DNA from: a virus
Taxonomy: Duplodnaviria > Caudoviricetes
Length of the DNA: 49,293 nucleotides
Direction: 5' to 3' (one strand)
IMG/VR virus record: IMGVR_UViG_3300050194_000052
Coordinates: 1 to 49,293 of that record
The position numbers and the translations under genes are program-made. The notes beneath the pieces are model-generated. The model ran no database searches, was not told where the DNA came from, and saw only the letters and a program-made list of their open reading frames with translations. Below are positions 19,001 through 28,851 of the stretch, in pieces; the stretch's first letter is position 1; each line of letters opens with the position of its first letter.

Positions 19001-22000
19001 GCGTCTGAGAGACCATTGATCTCGACCCTAGGGGATATATCAGAGACATTACCTTTAGCATCTATATTTTTGAATATGGACTTATCTGACGCTAAATCTC
19101 CACTGAAAAAGCCCCCGTCCCTTTTAGCATTATACAAAGCTCTAGCAGAGGCTTGCTCAAGTTGTAGAGCGCCTCTCTTAACTTCTAAATCAAGGACAAT
19201 TCTTTGATTAAGTTCTTTTCTTAACTCACTCCAGCTTTCTCTAAGACTTGTAACACTACTCTCTACCTTCGTAGTTAAGTCTATACCCAACTCAATTGCC
19301 TTCTTACGAACAACATCAAACTCAACTGCTAATTCAGATTGGTTGTCTTTTAAGCTGTCAGATCTAGCACTAAGAGAGTTAATCTTCTCGGAGGTTTCTC
19401 TGATTGCGCTCTCGTAGGCAGATACTCTTTCTTCTACTACTTTTAGATTAGTAGCTGCAATATCATATTCTTCATTCAGCTTTTCCTGCTCAGTTTTCAT
19501 TGCTCTTGATGCGATAGAGTAAGCTAAAGCAGCAGCACCAGCAGCGGCAAAGACGGCAAGCAGAGGCGCACCAAGGAGACCACTCATTAAGGTACCTGTG
19601 GCAGCAGTCGCGGCCATGCCTACTCTTAATTGGGTCAAGATACCAATCAATCCGGCGGCCATAACCCCCATATTGCGTATCACTAAGATACCAGAACCTA
19701 GAACTGCTGTTAATGCTACCCACTGTAGAATAGCACCTGCTACAGAATGATCAGCCATCTCATTAAAGCCTTGGGTAACATCTGCTATACCCTTGGCTGT
19801 AGCTGTTAAACTCTTACGCAAGTCCCCACCTAACACATCAGCAGCGATTCTAAACTGGTTAGTCATACGATCTGTTTGAGCAGCAAGAGAGTTCATTTGA
19901 ATCTCCTGAGCACGAATAGCAGCAGTGGTATTATCCATCGCCGCATACATCAGATCATACTGGGCCAAGTTGCTGTTTAGTGCAACATAGTAAGCCGTGG
20001 CTCTAAGGTCAAAACTACCAAAAGCGTCAGCAGTAGTAAAACCTGCTTCTTTTAGGTTCTTCATTACCCCAGTTAAACCGTTCACTCGCACATCAATATC
20101 AGCAAGCGTTAAACCCAAGTCTAAAAGTTTCTTCTTTAAAACCTCACTAGGACTAGTTAAATCAGCTAAGAGTTGACGTAAGCCAGTACCCATTGTTGAT
20201 CCTGAGCGAATACCTGCGTTAGCTACTGCGGCTGTAGCAGATAACATCTCTCTGAAACTTACACCTAAGTCAGATGCAGCATTACCAGCGTACTGAGTAG
20301 CAAGCATAAACTTAGGTACATCCAGCTTGGATAGGTTCATTGCTTGAGTGATCTGGTTAACTACTTCAGGCATACTATCTGCTGAGAGTTTAAAGGCTCC
20401 TAAAGTGCTAGTAGCAAGCTCTACAGAGTCAGCTAAGGTCGTACCTGTGGCAGTCGCTAATTGGGTTACGGAGCCGAGGGTTTTCTGAATATCACTAATC
20501 GAAAAACCTGCCTGTGCGAGCGTGGTAGTGGCCTCTGTCAGCTCGATGGCGCTAAAGCGGGAAGTGTCTGAAACCTTTAGGATCGACTGACGTAGCCCCT
20601 CCATTTGGGTCTCTGTACCTTGTGCAATCGCTTGGGTCTGCTTCAAGGCAGCTTCAAAATCTCTTAAAAATGCAAAGCCCCCTGTGACAGTTTGAAAGAG
20701 ACCATTCATCAACAACATATCTTTCATGAATAAAGCACGGGTGGCAAATAGCCCACCTTGGCCCTCAGAGCTGGTCATGCGTTGGAACCTACGGGTAACA
20801 CTGCCCTGTTCCTTTATTGCACTTTCACGCTCTTGGATCGCTCTTTTCTCTGCTTGATATTGAGCAATCAAACTATCGGCTTTGGTCTTAGCTGCATTGT
20901 CTCCGGTTCTACCTGCCAGTAGAGACATACGAGTAGAGGCTTTCAACTGCTCATTCAAGTGATCTCTGCGTAGCTTATCAAGATCAGCCAAGGTTTTAGC
21001 TTTGGCTATATCTTGATTAATAGATGTAGATCTTAAATCTTTCTTTTTTAGATTTGATAATTCTTCGGCTTCTCTTTGAATAGCTCTTATATTATTTTCT
21101 CTCACTCTAACAATAGAATTAAGCTCTTCTCTTTGCGCAGTTAGAGTGGAGAGTAGTTTCCTAGCTGAACCCTCGGCTGCTTTATCCCCTGCCGTACTCG
21201 CTAGATTCACAGCAGAGTTAGCCTTAGCTATGCCAGCTCTTAAATCTAATCTGCGTTGACCTAACTGATCATTAGTTAGAGAGTTTAGATTTGGCTTATT
21301 AGTATTAAGATTATTAGCTCCTGTTAGATCTACCCTGCTTAGCTTACCAGCAGCGGTAGATTTTAAAAGTTCTTGAGCTGTTTTAGAGGCAGCTACAGAA
21401 ACTCCATTTAGCTTACTAGCTAATGCGGAAAGTTGGCTTAACTCTACTCTGACGGCTTGAATAGCTCTGTCTATATCTTGATTTTTTTCTCGGCTTCTAC
21501 CTACCTTCATTTGCTCTAATGCTTCGATATGGGTTTTAGCCGCACCTATATCAGCAGATAGTCTACCTCTATTTTTGGTATAATCAGAGTTAGGGTTAAA
21601 TCTACTAATCCTATTTGGGCCAAATAGTTGATCCTCACCTAATGCTCTCATCCTATTTATTTCTTGCTGACGTAGACCAGAGCTTTGAATAGCTATCTGC
21701 TTTCTAATTGCTGCGCTAGTATACAACATACTACCAGTAGGGGTATCTAATACTCCCCCTATCACCCTATCATTGATAGCGTTAATTCTACCTCTTGGGG
21801 TGTTATTATAGGCAGCCTGACGAGCTTCCTGCTTAATGCGATTAGCTTCTTCTCTCTCGGCGTTTCTTTTTACTCTCTCAGCCTCTTTCTTAGCTTTCCT
21901 TGTGGCTTCTTCTACTTGAGCTTTAAGAACCTCATTAGCCTCACGAGCTTTACCCATTAGTTTTATTCTAGAGCTGTTAAGAACTTCCATAGCTCTATCA

Positions 22001-22515
22001 GCACCAGATGCTAAATTCATATCTCCATGATGTTTAGCAAATGCTCGCTGAGAATCAATAACTGTTCTAAGTTCTTTCTCTTGACCTCCCTTAATTAGCT
22101 TTTGAATGTAGCGATCCATCTGTCTCTTTGACTTCAAAGAAGATAGCTGCTCATTTATATTAGTGAGCCTTTCTTGTTTTAATGCCCGAGCATTTTTAGC
22201 AATCTGAGCAGCTTCAGCAAGAGTAGAATTTATACTTACTCCAGCATCACCCATGCTCTCTGTACGTCTACCAGCGTTTACTTTATCTTGGATACGGAAC
22301 TGCTGACCAACGGTGTCGGATAGCCTTTTTGCATTTTTAGATACAGTTAATAGCTTCTTTTGGGTATCATCAAGTTTAGTTAGGTTTGTGTTAAGTAAAC
22401 CTCCCATTTTAGATAGCACTTGATTTAGAGCTTCTAAATTCTGAGTTGCAGACCCAGTAGTTATCTCTACCTGAATACCCTCGTTATTCTGGCCTTTGTT
22501 TACTGGATCTGCCAT
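16030..22515 (-). CDS. Tape measure protein with TP901-type core and lytic transglycosylase domain
   Basis: 2161 aa, Ala-rich and coiled; SRFSAIEL..A...LAQAGF and GIRSGSTMGTGLR core; SLT motifs RESGGNPRAVSSAGAKGIMQLMP and HYNAGP near 18.1-18.4 kb. Confidence 0.95.
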   Translation of the reverse strand: MADPVNKGQNNEGIQVEITTGSATQNLEALNQVLSKMGGLLNTNLTKLDDTQKKLLTVSKNAKRLSDTVGQQFRIQDKVNAGRRTESMGDAGVSINSTLAEAAQIAKNARALKQERLTNINEQLSSLKSKRQMDRYIQKLIKGGQEKELRTVIDSQRAFAKHHGDMNLASGADRAMEVLNSSRIKLMGKAREANEVLKAQVEEATRKAKKEAERVKRNAEREEANRIKQEARQAAYNNTPRGRINAINDRVIGGVLDTPTGSMLYTSAAIRKQIAIQSSGLRQQEINRMRALGEDQLFGPNRISRFNPNSDYTKNRGRLSADIGAAKTHIEALEQMKVGRSREKNQDIDRAIQAVRVELSQLSALASKLNGVSVAASKTAQELLKSTAAGKLSRVDLTGANNLNTNKPNLNSLTNDQLGQRRLDLRAGIAKANSAVNLASTAGDKAAEGSARKLLSTLTAQREELNSIVRVRENNIRAIQREAEELSNLKKKDLRSTSINQDIAKAKTLADLDKLRRDHLNEQLKASTRMSLLAGRTGDNAAKTKADSLIAQYQAEKRAIQERESAIKEQGSVTRRFQRMTSSEGQGGLFATRALFMKDMLLMNGLFQTVTGGFAFLRDFEAALKQTQAIAQGTETQMEGLRQSILKVSDTSRFSAIELTEATTTLAQAGFSISDIQKTLGSVTQLATATGTTLADSVELATSTLGAFKLSADSMPEVVNQITQAMNLSKLDVPKFMLATQYAGNAASDLGVSFREMLSATAAVANAGIRSGSTMGTGLRQLLADLTSPSEVLKKKLLDLGLTLADIDVRVNGLTGVMKNLKEAGFTTADAFGSFDLRATAYYVALNSNLAQYDLMYAAMDNTTAAIRAQEIQMNSLAAQTDRMTNQFRIAADVLGGDLRKSLTATAKGIADVTQGFNEMADHSVAGAILQWVALTAVLGSGILVIRNMGVMAAGLIGILTQLRVGMAATAATGTLMSGLLGAPLLAVFAAAGAAALAYSIASRAMKTEQEKLNEEYDIAATNLKVVEERVSAYESAIRETSEKINSLSARSDSLKDNQSELAVEFDVVRKKAIELGIDLTTKVESSVTSLRESWSELRKELNQRIVLDLEVKRGALQLEQASARALYNAKRDGGFFSGDLASDKSIFKNIDAKGNVSDISPRVEINGLSDAGMAAAISRKKERAKLGSKALAYNELPKVLETLSGDPAAAANLTALLGKLGQEASSDPEKLKQESRATLFLLNKVVMYVAKAISNEQSKQSTFRASGNKDAADAAQQNITLLQEAFNNPNSGIMGWTYALKDLANQSNVGKLNEYNLNVAKARTQNLSLGNGTQEFFNRGNINKVSPKALNGLNAFKEKYGDLFAEAAIKYGISPDILMAMGYRESGGNPRAVSSAGAKGIMQLMPKTGAEMGLKPEDFFDAAKSIDAGAKYMSILLKKFDMSNAVMHYNAGPATKDKKGNPRKYRQESLDYVGLVANNAVALGSKQTGSKTSEILRNTDENPQVVQLAKEEASLSSTLSIYTAKYKALDKDTSEALKVSAEIAVLQERLNEVSTQRSNLLNSARQQTKDDAAREILDKEYELSIATGELNQAKTELSKFNPKSGSLDEYTKLADSVRAKAEAVANAEYQKQLLSDGETNTTSSDLTIDPKKKRIAEAKLAEELKSIKVAYEEELAATKIKIYEAEKKRQEDLFALTVRNFNKQFAVMEKRIKDEEQLNTAIKDRMILESEAIRKGLEADKARMDLESNRGKYTSVEREMLDKQIALESEKQRDTLLLTNQLDIQSTKSTLEMKTNESLAIQDTVKDLVAKQEKLDELISSSGKGDQNKEALEAERDARQAEIDRLNAQVEDNASDIIQANTKIMSLEQDQTNLVKGNPKEISFRKQLKYKYAEKLEDASSREGQFNTISNMLDGVNSGFTSMIDNLVQASDGVDGFFNNLIGKTKEGREAWRQFGMSILTMAMKVMTDRMMLKLMNYLMGIGDPAASGGKGLPTSANGGGTNFLLSALQIGASAYFGGGAGASAATVTAQPSLGPQAPLMSFPMAEGGEVKGGLPNRDSVPIMAMAGEYIIPKQSSEFLGKNFLDGLRTNPSSTMKNMAATGAALSNRAPVDQTTNVYVVSPDKVPNGMSKNDIIVTVSDDLARNGPISQLIKKTRNSA

Positions 22516-22525
22516 CTCATTACCC

Positions 22526-22852
22526 TCAAAACCTATTAAAGAAGCTGGCGGCTTGAGAGATATTCTCAGGCTCCAGCTTATTATACTCAGGTTTTGATTC
22601 CGAGGGAAACATACTTTCCAACATAAGCATCAAGGTTTGATAGTCTTGAGAATAATGAATCTGCCTCTCTACAATAAATACACGAATAGGCAGAAGAATA
22701 TCATCGTAACTATTATTCCAAAGAAACTCTTCTTGCCTAGAAGGAACTACCTTGAAAACAAGGTATAGTTCCTCCTGAAAGGTTAGCCCTTGGTACCAGT
22801 CGATGTAGGTGTGGATACCTTTTGAATTTCCTGTTCCAGTTTTTGTTTTTTG
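22526..22852 (-). CDS. Tail assembly chaperone extension (gpGT-like, -1 frame)
   Basis: Open -1 frame overlapping the end of 22783..23199, no convincing start of its own, immediately before the tape measure. Confidence 0.55.
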   Translation of the reverse strand, partial: QKTKTGTGNSKGIHTYIDWYQGLTFQEELYLVFKVVPSRQEEFLWNNSYDDILLPIRVFIVERQIHYSQDYQTLMLMLESMFPSESKPEYNKLEPENISQAASFFNRF

Positions 22853-23199
22853 AGCGTGTAAATTTCGCCCATCGTCTTTACTTGGGCGAGCATAAAATCC
22901 ACAATGTACTCCTGTACCCAAATAAGAACAGGGATGGATTCCTCACCACTTAAACCTAATGCGTCTAAGGCATCCTCAAGCTCCTCTAAAGTTTTACCGC
23001 TAGAGGCCCTACCAAGAAGCAGCATAGCCATAAGTTCTGTCTGGCGCACCTGATTGGTAAATAGGTCAGCAATGCCATCCGCGCCACCACAAAGCATCAT
23101 CATTCGTTGTTGCATAGAGAAGGAGATTAGTAGATCCTTCTCTTGGTTGTTAATCGTAAAAGCCTTGCGGGAAGGCACTGGGTTTTTCACTTCAGACAT
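22783..23199 (-). CDS. Tail assembly chaperone (gpG-like)
   Basis: Lies between tail tube and tape measure; GGAG RBS. Confidence 0.65.
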   Translation of the reverse strand: MSEVKNPVPSRKAFTINNQEKDLLISFSMQQRMMMLCGGADGIADLFTNQVRQTELMAMLLLGRASSGKTLEELEDALDALGLSGEESIPVLIWVQEYIVDFMLAQVKTMGEIYTLKKQKLEQEIQKVSTPTSTGTKG

Positions 23200-23219
23200 T
23201 TTAAATCTCCAATGAGGTA

Positions 23220-23254
23220 AAAGCCCCTTTAAAGGAATGCTTTAAAGGGGCTTT
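23220..23254 (-). terminator. Intrinsic terminator after the tail tube gene
   Basis: AAAGCCCCTTTAAAG-gaatg-CTTTAAAGGGGCTTT, a 15-bp stem. Confidence 0.75.
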
Positions 23255-23276
23255 CATACTAACACATTATTGCAGA

Positions 23277-24089
23277 TTAGGTAATTCGTTCATATGTTGG
23301 GCTGAACATACCTACCTCTTTACCCTTCAAGAAATCAACATACATATCGTATGAGGCATCTTGACGGCTTGGAGTAAGCACGGTGATTTCAATTGGCGTG
23401 GAAGCATAACCATCTGCGCCCAGCTTCAAATTGATACCACTCGTGATTTGAACCTTAGCCGCAAGGATCAAGAACGGGGTGCAGTCTGCGGCATGAGTCA
23501 TGATCTTGGCAGATAGGTATGTAGCACCATTACATGATACGTCATCCGCTTGGATTGATTCAACAACATGCACCTTTGCACCAGAAGCGTAGGCAAGAAC
23601 CGTTGGGCGATCCAAGGTTACACTATTGGCAGTGATGCTCTCAATCCGGTAAATCATGCCGCTTTTATCATTCGCTTGTTCAACAATGATAAAAGTGCCT
23701 ACAGCTAGGTCAGCAGCACTGGCAACAGGCATGGTACTAGCCCCAGTTAGCACCGCAGCGGTAGTCGTGGTGGCAAGGACTTTTTGCGTACTGTATTTAC
23801 TACCATCACCACCCATTAGGTATGACAGTTGACGTGCCGAATACTCAAAGGAATCAGCCGTAATCATCCACGAGTCTTCTGTCAAGATGTTCGCAACCTT
23901 ACGTTGACGAACACCTGCTTGCAGTGCTGTGAAGTTACGGGTGTTTTGAATCGTAAGACCCTTCAACATACCAACGCTGTGGGTAGTTTCTTCAAGGTCA
24001 AGCATATCACCCATAGGGCCGAGGAGTAGTGTCCCCTCATTTAAAATCAACTGATTGCCTTGTGGTAAACCGTGTTCTGTAAAGCTCAT
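23277..24089 (-). CDS. Major tail tube protein
   Basis: Synteny, downstream terminator, beta-rich sequence with an inserted small domain (TGASTMPVASAADLAVG...VTLDRP). Confidence 0.7.
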   Translation of the reverse strand: MSFTEHGLPQGNQLILNEGTLLLGPMGDMLDLEETTHSVGMLKGLTIQNTRNFTALQAGVRQRKVANILTEDSWMITADSFEYSARQLSYLMGGDGSKYSTQKVLATTTTAAVLTGASTMPVASAADLAVGTFIIVEQANDKSGMIYRIESITANSVTLDRPTVLAYASGAKVHVVESIQADDVSCNGATYLSAKIMTHAADCTPFLILAAKVQITSGINLKLGADGYASTPIEITVLTPSRQDASYDMYVDFLKGKEVGMFSPTYERIT

Positions 24090-24144
24090 AATGGTACCCT
24101 CGTTTAATAGCTAAATAATATAGAATGCAGCAGAATAATGCAAC

Positions 24145-24615
24145 TTATTCAAGTAATATTTCGGAGCAATACAAAGTAACATAAACCATTTTGAATGTTC
24201 TAGAGGAGTTAGATGTTGCAGGTTGAACCTTAAAGGTCTTGCTGAATATAAGATTCCCTAATACCTCCTCTATATCTTGATTGGCCTTATAGACAGGAAT
24301 ATATCCTGAGCACCCTTTCTTGTTTATTTGCTTAACCAGCTCATTTATACATTTCATCTCTAGAACTTCTAAATTAGTATCTTCTACAACACTAAAACCG
24401 AATAGTAGATCCACAGAGAAGCCAGCGATATCATTGTCCTTTTCAAGTGACCAATCCATAAAACCAAATAAGTCCCCAGCGGGTAGCTTACCTATCTCAG
24501 CTACAATATTGAAATTGATTGGCGTTAATGGTGTACCAAATTGATTAAACATTCTCTCACAAAAATCAGAAGAGAATCTCAATAGTGAGGTATAAACATC
24601 TGCGTACTCGATCAT
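24145..24615 (-). CDS. Putative tail terminator/completion protein
   Basis: Synteny and size only. Confidence 0.4.
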   Translation of the reverse strand: MIEYADVYTSLLRFSSDFCERMFNQFGTPLTPINFNIVAEIGKLPAGDLFGFMDWSLEKDNDIAGFSVDLLFGFSVVEDTNLEVLEMKCINELVKQINKKGCSGYIPVYKANQDIEEVLGNLIFSKTFKVQPATSNSSRTFKMVYVTLYCSEILLE

Positions 24616-25328
24616 GCCTTCTTTCTCCTAGCCCAGTTCTCTACCTTTTTCTTCAATACTACCCTAGCATAAAAAGATGTATAGGGTACTAAGAAAGATC
24701 TCTTAAACTTTGTAGGTCTATTTTCCTTACGGTAATACCCTAACTTCATACTCATTAAAGTTCCCTTTTCGTCAGGGCTATATAGAAGATCCATAATAGT
24801 TTCTGGTACAGCCCTACTTTTTAATGCGTGAAACACAGAGAAGGATATTACCTTCTTAAACACCATTGGTTTCTTATTTACCCTCATGGCTATAACTGGT
24901 ACTTTATTCACTACAGGGGTAAAAGTAGTAGCAGTTACGGATCTATTAGAGAACCCACCTAGTACCTTAGACACTTTCTTACCACTAGGGGGCTTGCCTT
25001 TAAGCTGAGATATTAAATCTCCCTTATCTTTGTATATTGTAGACTGAAGGTTTTTCTTTCTTATTGTGCTTGCAGTTAATTTGTCCCACACAGTACCCGT
25101 AGAAGACAATATCCCATTAGTATCTAAGTCTGGAAGTGTGGAGCCTAAGCCATACTCTGTGACAGATAGCCTAAACATCTCATCTATTTTTTTATTTACA
25201 AACTTAGCTAAATCAGAATTGACCTGTCTGCCCTTATGTTCCAGATTGGAGTCTATCTTTTGATAGACTCTAGTCTGAATGCTGGCCGCAAATCTATCTC
25301 CAGCATATCGCTTAGAATTTTGAGACAT
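24612..25328 (-). CDS. Basic virion morphogenesis (neck) protein
   Basis: Lys/Arg-rich; WDKLTASTIRKK motif typical of tail-completion/neck proteins; synteny. Confidence 0.45.
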   Translation of the reverse strand: MSQNSKRYAGDRFAASIQTRVYQKIDSNLEHKGRQVNSDLAKFVNKKIDEMFRLSVTEYGLGSTLPDLDTNGILSSTGTVWDKLTASTIRKKNLQSTIYKDKGDLISQLKGKPPSGKKVSKVLGGFSNRSVTATTFTPVVNKVPVIAMRVNKKPMVFKKVISFSVFHALKSRAVPETIMDLLYSPDEKGTLMSMKLGYYRKENRPTKFKRSFLVPYTSFYARVVLKKKVENWARRKKA

Positions 25329-25860
25329 TATAGTCCGCCTTAGCTAACCATATTCCATTCTCTATTACGGCTGTCTTTACCAGATAAGGGCCTAAAATGT
25401 CCCCATTCATTAATCTAACAGCACTACGAATAGAGAATTCATTATTAGGGTTAGTAGTCACAGCAGAAATACGAGCGTCCTCATTACTCACAGATACCCA
25501 AATCTCTCCCATGTCTATTAGCACGGCACTTCTGGCTTGCTTTGTTACTGGATTTATCTCTTGAATACTTCTCTTCAGAACTAGGCAGTCTGATGCCTCA
25601 TAACTCCTAAATAGGTAGCAATCCTCTTGAGACATAAACTCACCAAGAATATGCCTACTAGGTATACGGGTACAACTAATGATCATCTTACCAATCAGGC
25701 TTTTGTAATCAGTACCCACTGGGGTTTGGAGCGTCCTAGCAGGATTATTGGAGTACCTTACATCTTGAGGAGGCTCATTAAAGAACCCCCTAAGCAGTAT
25801 TGTAGGGTTATCTAATACTCTAAAAGTTTGATTCATTCTGGGGAATTGTCTAGGTCTCAT
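25312..25860 (-). CDS. Putative head-closure protein
   Basis: Synteny only. Confidence 0.4.
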   Translation of the reverse strand: MRPRQFPRMNQTFRVLDNPTILLRGFFNEPPQDVRYSNNPARTLQTPVGTDYKSLIGKMIISCTRIPSRHILGEFMSQEDCYLFRSYEASDCLVLKRSIQEINPVTKQARSAVLIDMGEIWVSVSNEDARISAVTTNPNNEFSIRSAVRLMNGDILGPYLVKTAVIENGIWLAKADYNVSKF

Positions 25861-25861
25861 A

Positions 25862-26572
25862 TTAAACCCCAGTTATTCTATCTGGTGAAATATCAATGAA
25901 TGTAACTGTAGTTGGTATTAGGACTTCAGAATCTAATACATAACCGTCTAGTTGATCAATGGTTTCTTGTAGGTCTGACTCTATAGCATTAGATAAACTA
26001 GATAGATTATCAGCATCAGCTAAACGAGTGAACTCTCCGTTTTCTGTTTTATCTTTCTTAGAGAGCCTCAAGTAAAGACTTGGTATAACTTTAAGAGCAG
26101 TGTAAAATCTTAGGTACTGAGCATAAAGATAAGTTACCCTGCTATCTGAGAGTCTATCTTCGTGGAATGCTTGAGTAAAACTCTTATATGTCTTAATATA
26201 GTTGGACTCTAAATGTAGGGCATCATCTGGTAACTCATCCACTGTGACCCCTAATAGGTCTCTAACAGATGAAGCATCAGTTGGTATATCCATAACATTG
26301 ATAACATTTAAACTTCTACGGACTCTAAATAGCCCCGCTACTGTATCTGCTTCAACATAAAACTGAACATTTTTACTTTGCCCATTAGGTACAGTGAGTA
26401 CAGGGAACTGATACTTGAAACCATTTGAGTTGGCTAGAGGGATTGTATCTTGAGATACAGTCCCATCTACAGATAGAAGCACCTTTAAATCAGTTAAAGG
26501 GGTAACATATTCAGAACCTATCAGGGTTTCAAAATACTCAGTGTGAGCAAGCCCAGATGTGATATAGCTCAT
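25862..26572 (-). CDS. Putative head-tail adaptor
   Basis: VRDLLGVTVDELPD helical adaptor-like motif; synteny. Confidence 0.5.
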   Translation of the reverse strand: MSYITSGLAHTEYFETLIGSEYVTPLTDLKVLLSVDGTVSQDTIPLANSNGFKYQFPVLTVPNGQSKNVQFYVEADTVAGLFRVRRSLNVINVMDIPTDASSVRDLLGVTVDELPDDALHLESNYIKTYKSFTQAFHEDRLSDSRVTYLYAQYLRFYTALKVIPSLYLRLSKKDKTENGEFTRLADADNLSSLSNAIESDLQETIDQLDGYVLDSEVLIPTTVTFIDISPDRITGV

Positions 26573-26590
26573 ACGTTACCCCTTCAAAGA

Positions 26591-27145
26591 TTATTTACTA
26601 TTTGCTGCTTCAGCTTGCTTTTTAGCTTCAGCTTCAGATGCAAGATCATCCTTAGCTTTTTGCAAAGCAGCTTCTTTAGCTTCAGCTTCTTCAAGTGCCC
26701 TTTGTTGAGCTTCTAACTCAGCACGAGCCTCATCATAGATCTTCTGCTGTGCCTTAGCAGCTCTGTCTGCATCTAGAGCAGCTTGAGCTTCAGCCTTCTT
26801 CTTGGCGCGTTCTTCCACCTCCAGCTTCATATCTTCTTCAGCTTTCTTCTTCGTAACCTCAGAAATGAACACGTCCGCTTCTTTCCCAAGACCCAACTCG
26901 CGCAGATAGGCTTCAGCTCCAACCATTGCAGAGCCTTTCTCTTTGACAAGCTCTGCATACCGAGCATGGTTAGCAGTGTCAGGAAACTCGCAACTCAAAG
27001 CAACAATCTTCTTATCCGATAAACGTCTACGGATCTCTGCCAGTGAGGCATCAGCTAAAACATAATGGACGCCACCAACTACGGAGATACCATTGATAGA
27101 GCAACCTAGGTTTGGCTGTCCGGTATACAGTTTTTTCATGGTCAT
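26591..27145 (-). CDS. Hypothetical protein with Ala/Glu/Lys coiled-coil C-terminus
   Basis: ORF directly after the capsid gene. Confidence 0.6.
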   Translation of the reverse strand: MTMKKLYTGQPNLGCSINGISVVGGVHYVLADASLAEIRRRLSDKKIVALSCEFPDTANHARYAELVKEKGSAMVGAEAYLRELGLGKEADVFISEVTKKKAEEDMKLEVEERAKKKAEAQAALDADRAAKAQQKIYDEARAELEAQQRALEEAEAKEAALQKAKDDLASEAEAKKQAEAANSK

Positions 27146-27163
27146 AACCCTTGTGAGAGATTG

Positions 27164-27187
27164 AAAAAAGGGGTCAAAAGACCCCTC
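27164..27187 (-). terminator. Intrinsic terminator after the major capsid gene
   Basis: Minus strand reads AGGGGTC-tttt-GACCCC-TTTTTT. Confidence 0.75.
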
Positions 27188-27202
27188 TCTATTCTAACTG
27201 AA

Positions 27203-28405
27203 TTAGTTAGTCCAGTTCAACAAACGACGTGACTCATGATAGTGCATCAAGAAGCCGCTGTTGATTGTACTAACAATTACAATACTTTGACTGCGAATTG
27301 AACGCTCTGTCTCGGTAATGTCTGAGCCTGATTCAATCAACTGCTCAAGGGTCTCATTCTTCTTATAGCCAAGGACGGCGTTATCCGGCATTTGAGAAGA
27401 GAGCACAATGTTGAATGGGAGATTCAAACCATTCTGCAAACGGAAAGTAGCACCAAAACTAGGGCCAAGTGCGCCTGCGCCCTGAGCAGGAACATTCTGC
27501 GTGTTTTGAATCGGGAACATCGCCGCCATTTCAAACCAAGTGTCATAGTTGACTACAAGGGTATCCATTGGGCGACCCGCTTTGGCAGCAGCCATCAACC
27601 ACTTGATAAAGCCTTCAAAACGGTCACGCAGACGACCAGTCGCTTTACCGTCATAGGTGGTCAAAGACTCAGCAGTTGCGGCAGGGTTGACACCATCGCC
27701 ATCAATCAGTACCTCAACAGCAGCACGGGCCTCCGCTTGAGTGCGCTCGAAACGCTGACGGTTAACCATCGTCAACAGCATCTCTGGACGGATGCGGCGA
27801 GCTGTCTCATAAGTGTACTCAATACCATGGCCGCTCTTGAAGAACTTAACCCCTTGGTTAGAGACCTTTAGCTTACGAACCGGAATGTTCGCGCCTTCTG
27901 GGATGCGGAAACTATCGTAAGCGTCACCAGAAGCCTTGTCGTAGATGATCTCAGTGATCAACTCAGTACCAGTAACATTGCGAGTGCTGGCTACAAGGTC
28001 GCTTACCTTCTCAAGCAAAACCTCATTGCTGACTTCACGGGTCAAGTTCTCAATCAGGGCAGGTAGAAGAACCTTCAAACCTGTAGTGGTGAACATATCA
28101 CCGTTCGCTGCCAACTGGAGACGCTCTAGTTGATTGGATGCCTTGGTAGGCACACCAGCCATTGCGAACACAGCACTTGCACCATCAATCTGAGTACCAG
28201 CGGGGAAATAACCAAGGGTATCTTTATGATGAGGGTTCACAAAGCGCATCAACATCAACTCTGGAGTTGTGCCAATCTGTGCGGCTTGAGCAGCCAGAGC
28301 GCAAGCATGACCCATCTGCTCTTCCTTAGAGCCAGTGGTTAGCCGCTTGACGACTTCAACAGCAGAATAACTGTTAAACTTATCCGGATCAAAAAATGTA
28401 GACAT
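27203..28405 (-). CDS. Major capsid protein
   Basis: 400 aa after protease and decoration genes; RIPEGANIP...K.GHGIEYTYE HK97-type pattern; strong RBS and downstream terminator. Confidence 0.85.
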   Translation of the reverse strand: MSTFFDPDKFNSYSAVEVVKRLTTGSKEEQMGHACALAAQAAQIGTTPELMLMRFVNPHHKDTLGYFPAGTQIDGASAVFAMAGVPTKASNQLERLQLAANGDMFTTTGLKVLLPALIENLTREVSNEVLLEKVSDLVASTRNVTGTELITEIIYDKASGDAYDSFRIPEGANIPVRKLKVSNQGVKFFKSGHGIEYTYETARRIRPEMLLTMVNRQRFERTQAEARAAVEVLIDGDGVNPAATAESLTTYDGKATGRLRDRFEGFIKWLMAAAKAGRPMDTLVVNYDTWFEMAAMFPIQNTQNVPAQGAGALGPSFGATFRLQNGLNLPFNIVLSSQMPDNAVLGYKKNETLEQLIESGSDITETERSIRSQSIVIVSTINSGFLMHYHESRRLLNWTN

Positions 28406-28416
28406 TCTGCTACTCC

Positions 28417-28836
28417 TTAAACAAACATGACGGTAACAGAAGGAACTGCATTACCGATATTCTGGGTTGAAGAGATAAAGATACGGGGATTGGTCAGCGA
28501 GGCTGCTGACTTGATGAAACCGAGGCCAGCACCAACAGGGGTGAGACCACGGGTTGCGGTCTGACCAGCAGCCACTGGTACTTCAACGCCGCCCATAGTG
28601 TCAACAGTAACTACTGTGTCACCACGCATATCTGTCTCGGAGACCACAATAACACCCAAGATCTGAGCGCCATCGGTTGCCAGTTTTACAGCATCATTCG
28701 AGGTGGGATCAATCATGACCGCCCGACCTTGAATGGCTGCATCAGTCAGAGTCAAAGCAGTCAGGTCATCGCTTAGGTTAAAGGCAAAACGACCTACCGA
28801 CTGACTTGTACCGCGAGTTGTAATTTTTACAGCCAT
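28417..28836 (-). CDS. Capsid decoration/cement protein
   Basis: 139 aa beta-rich (VKLATDGAQILGVI) between protease and capsid genes. Confidence 0.6.
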   Translation of the reverse strand: MAVKITTRGTSQSVGRFAFNLSDDLTALTLTDAAIQGRAVMIDPTSNDAVKLATDGAQILGVIVVSETDMRGDTVVTVDTMGGVEVPVAAGQTATRGLTPVGAGLGFIKSAASLTNPRIFISSTQNIGNAVPSVTVMFV

Positions 28837-28851
28837 GATTGCTGCTCCTAA

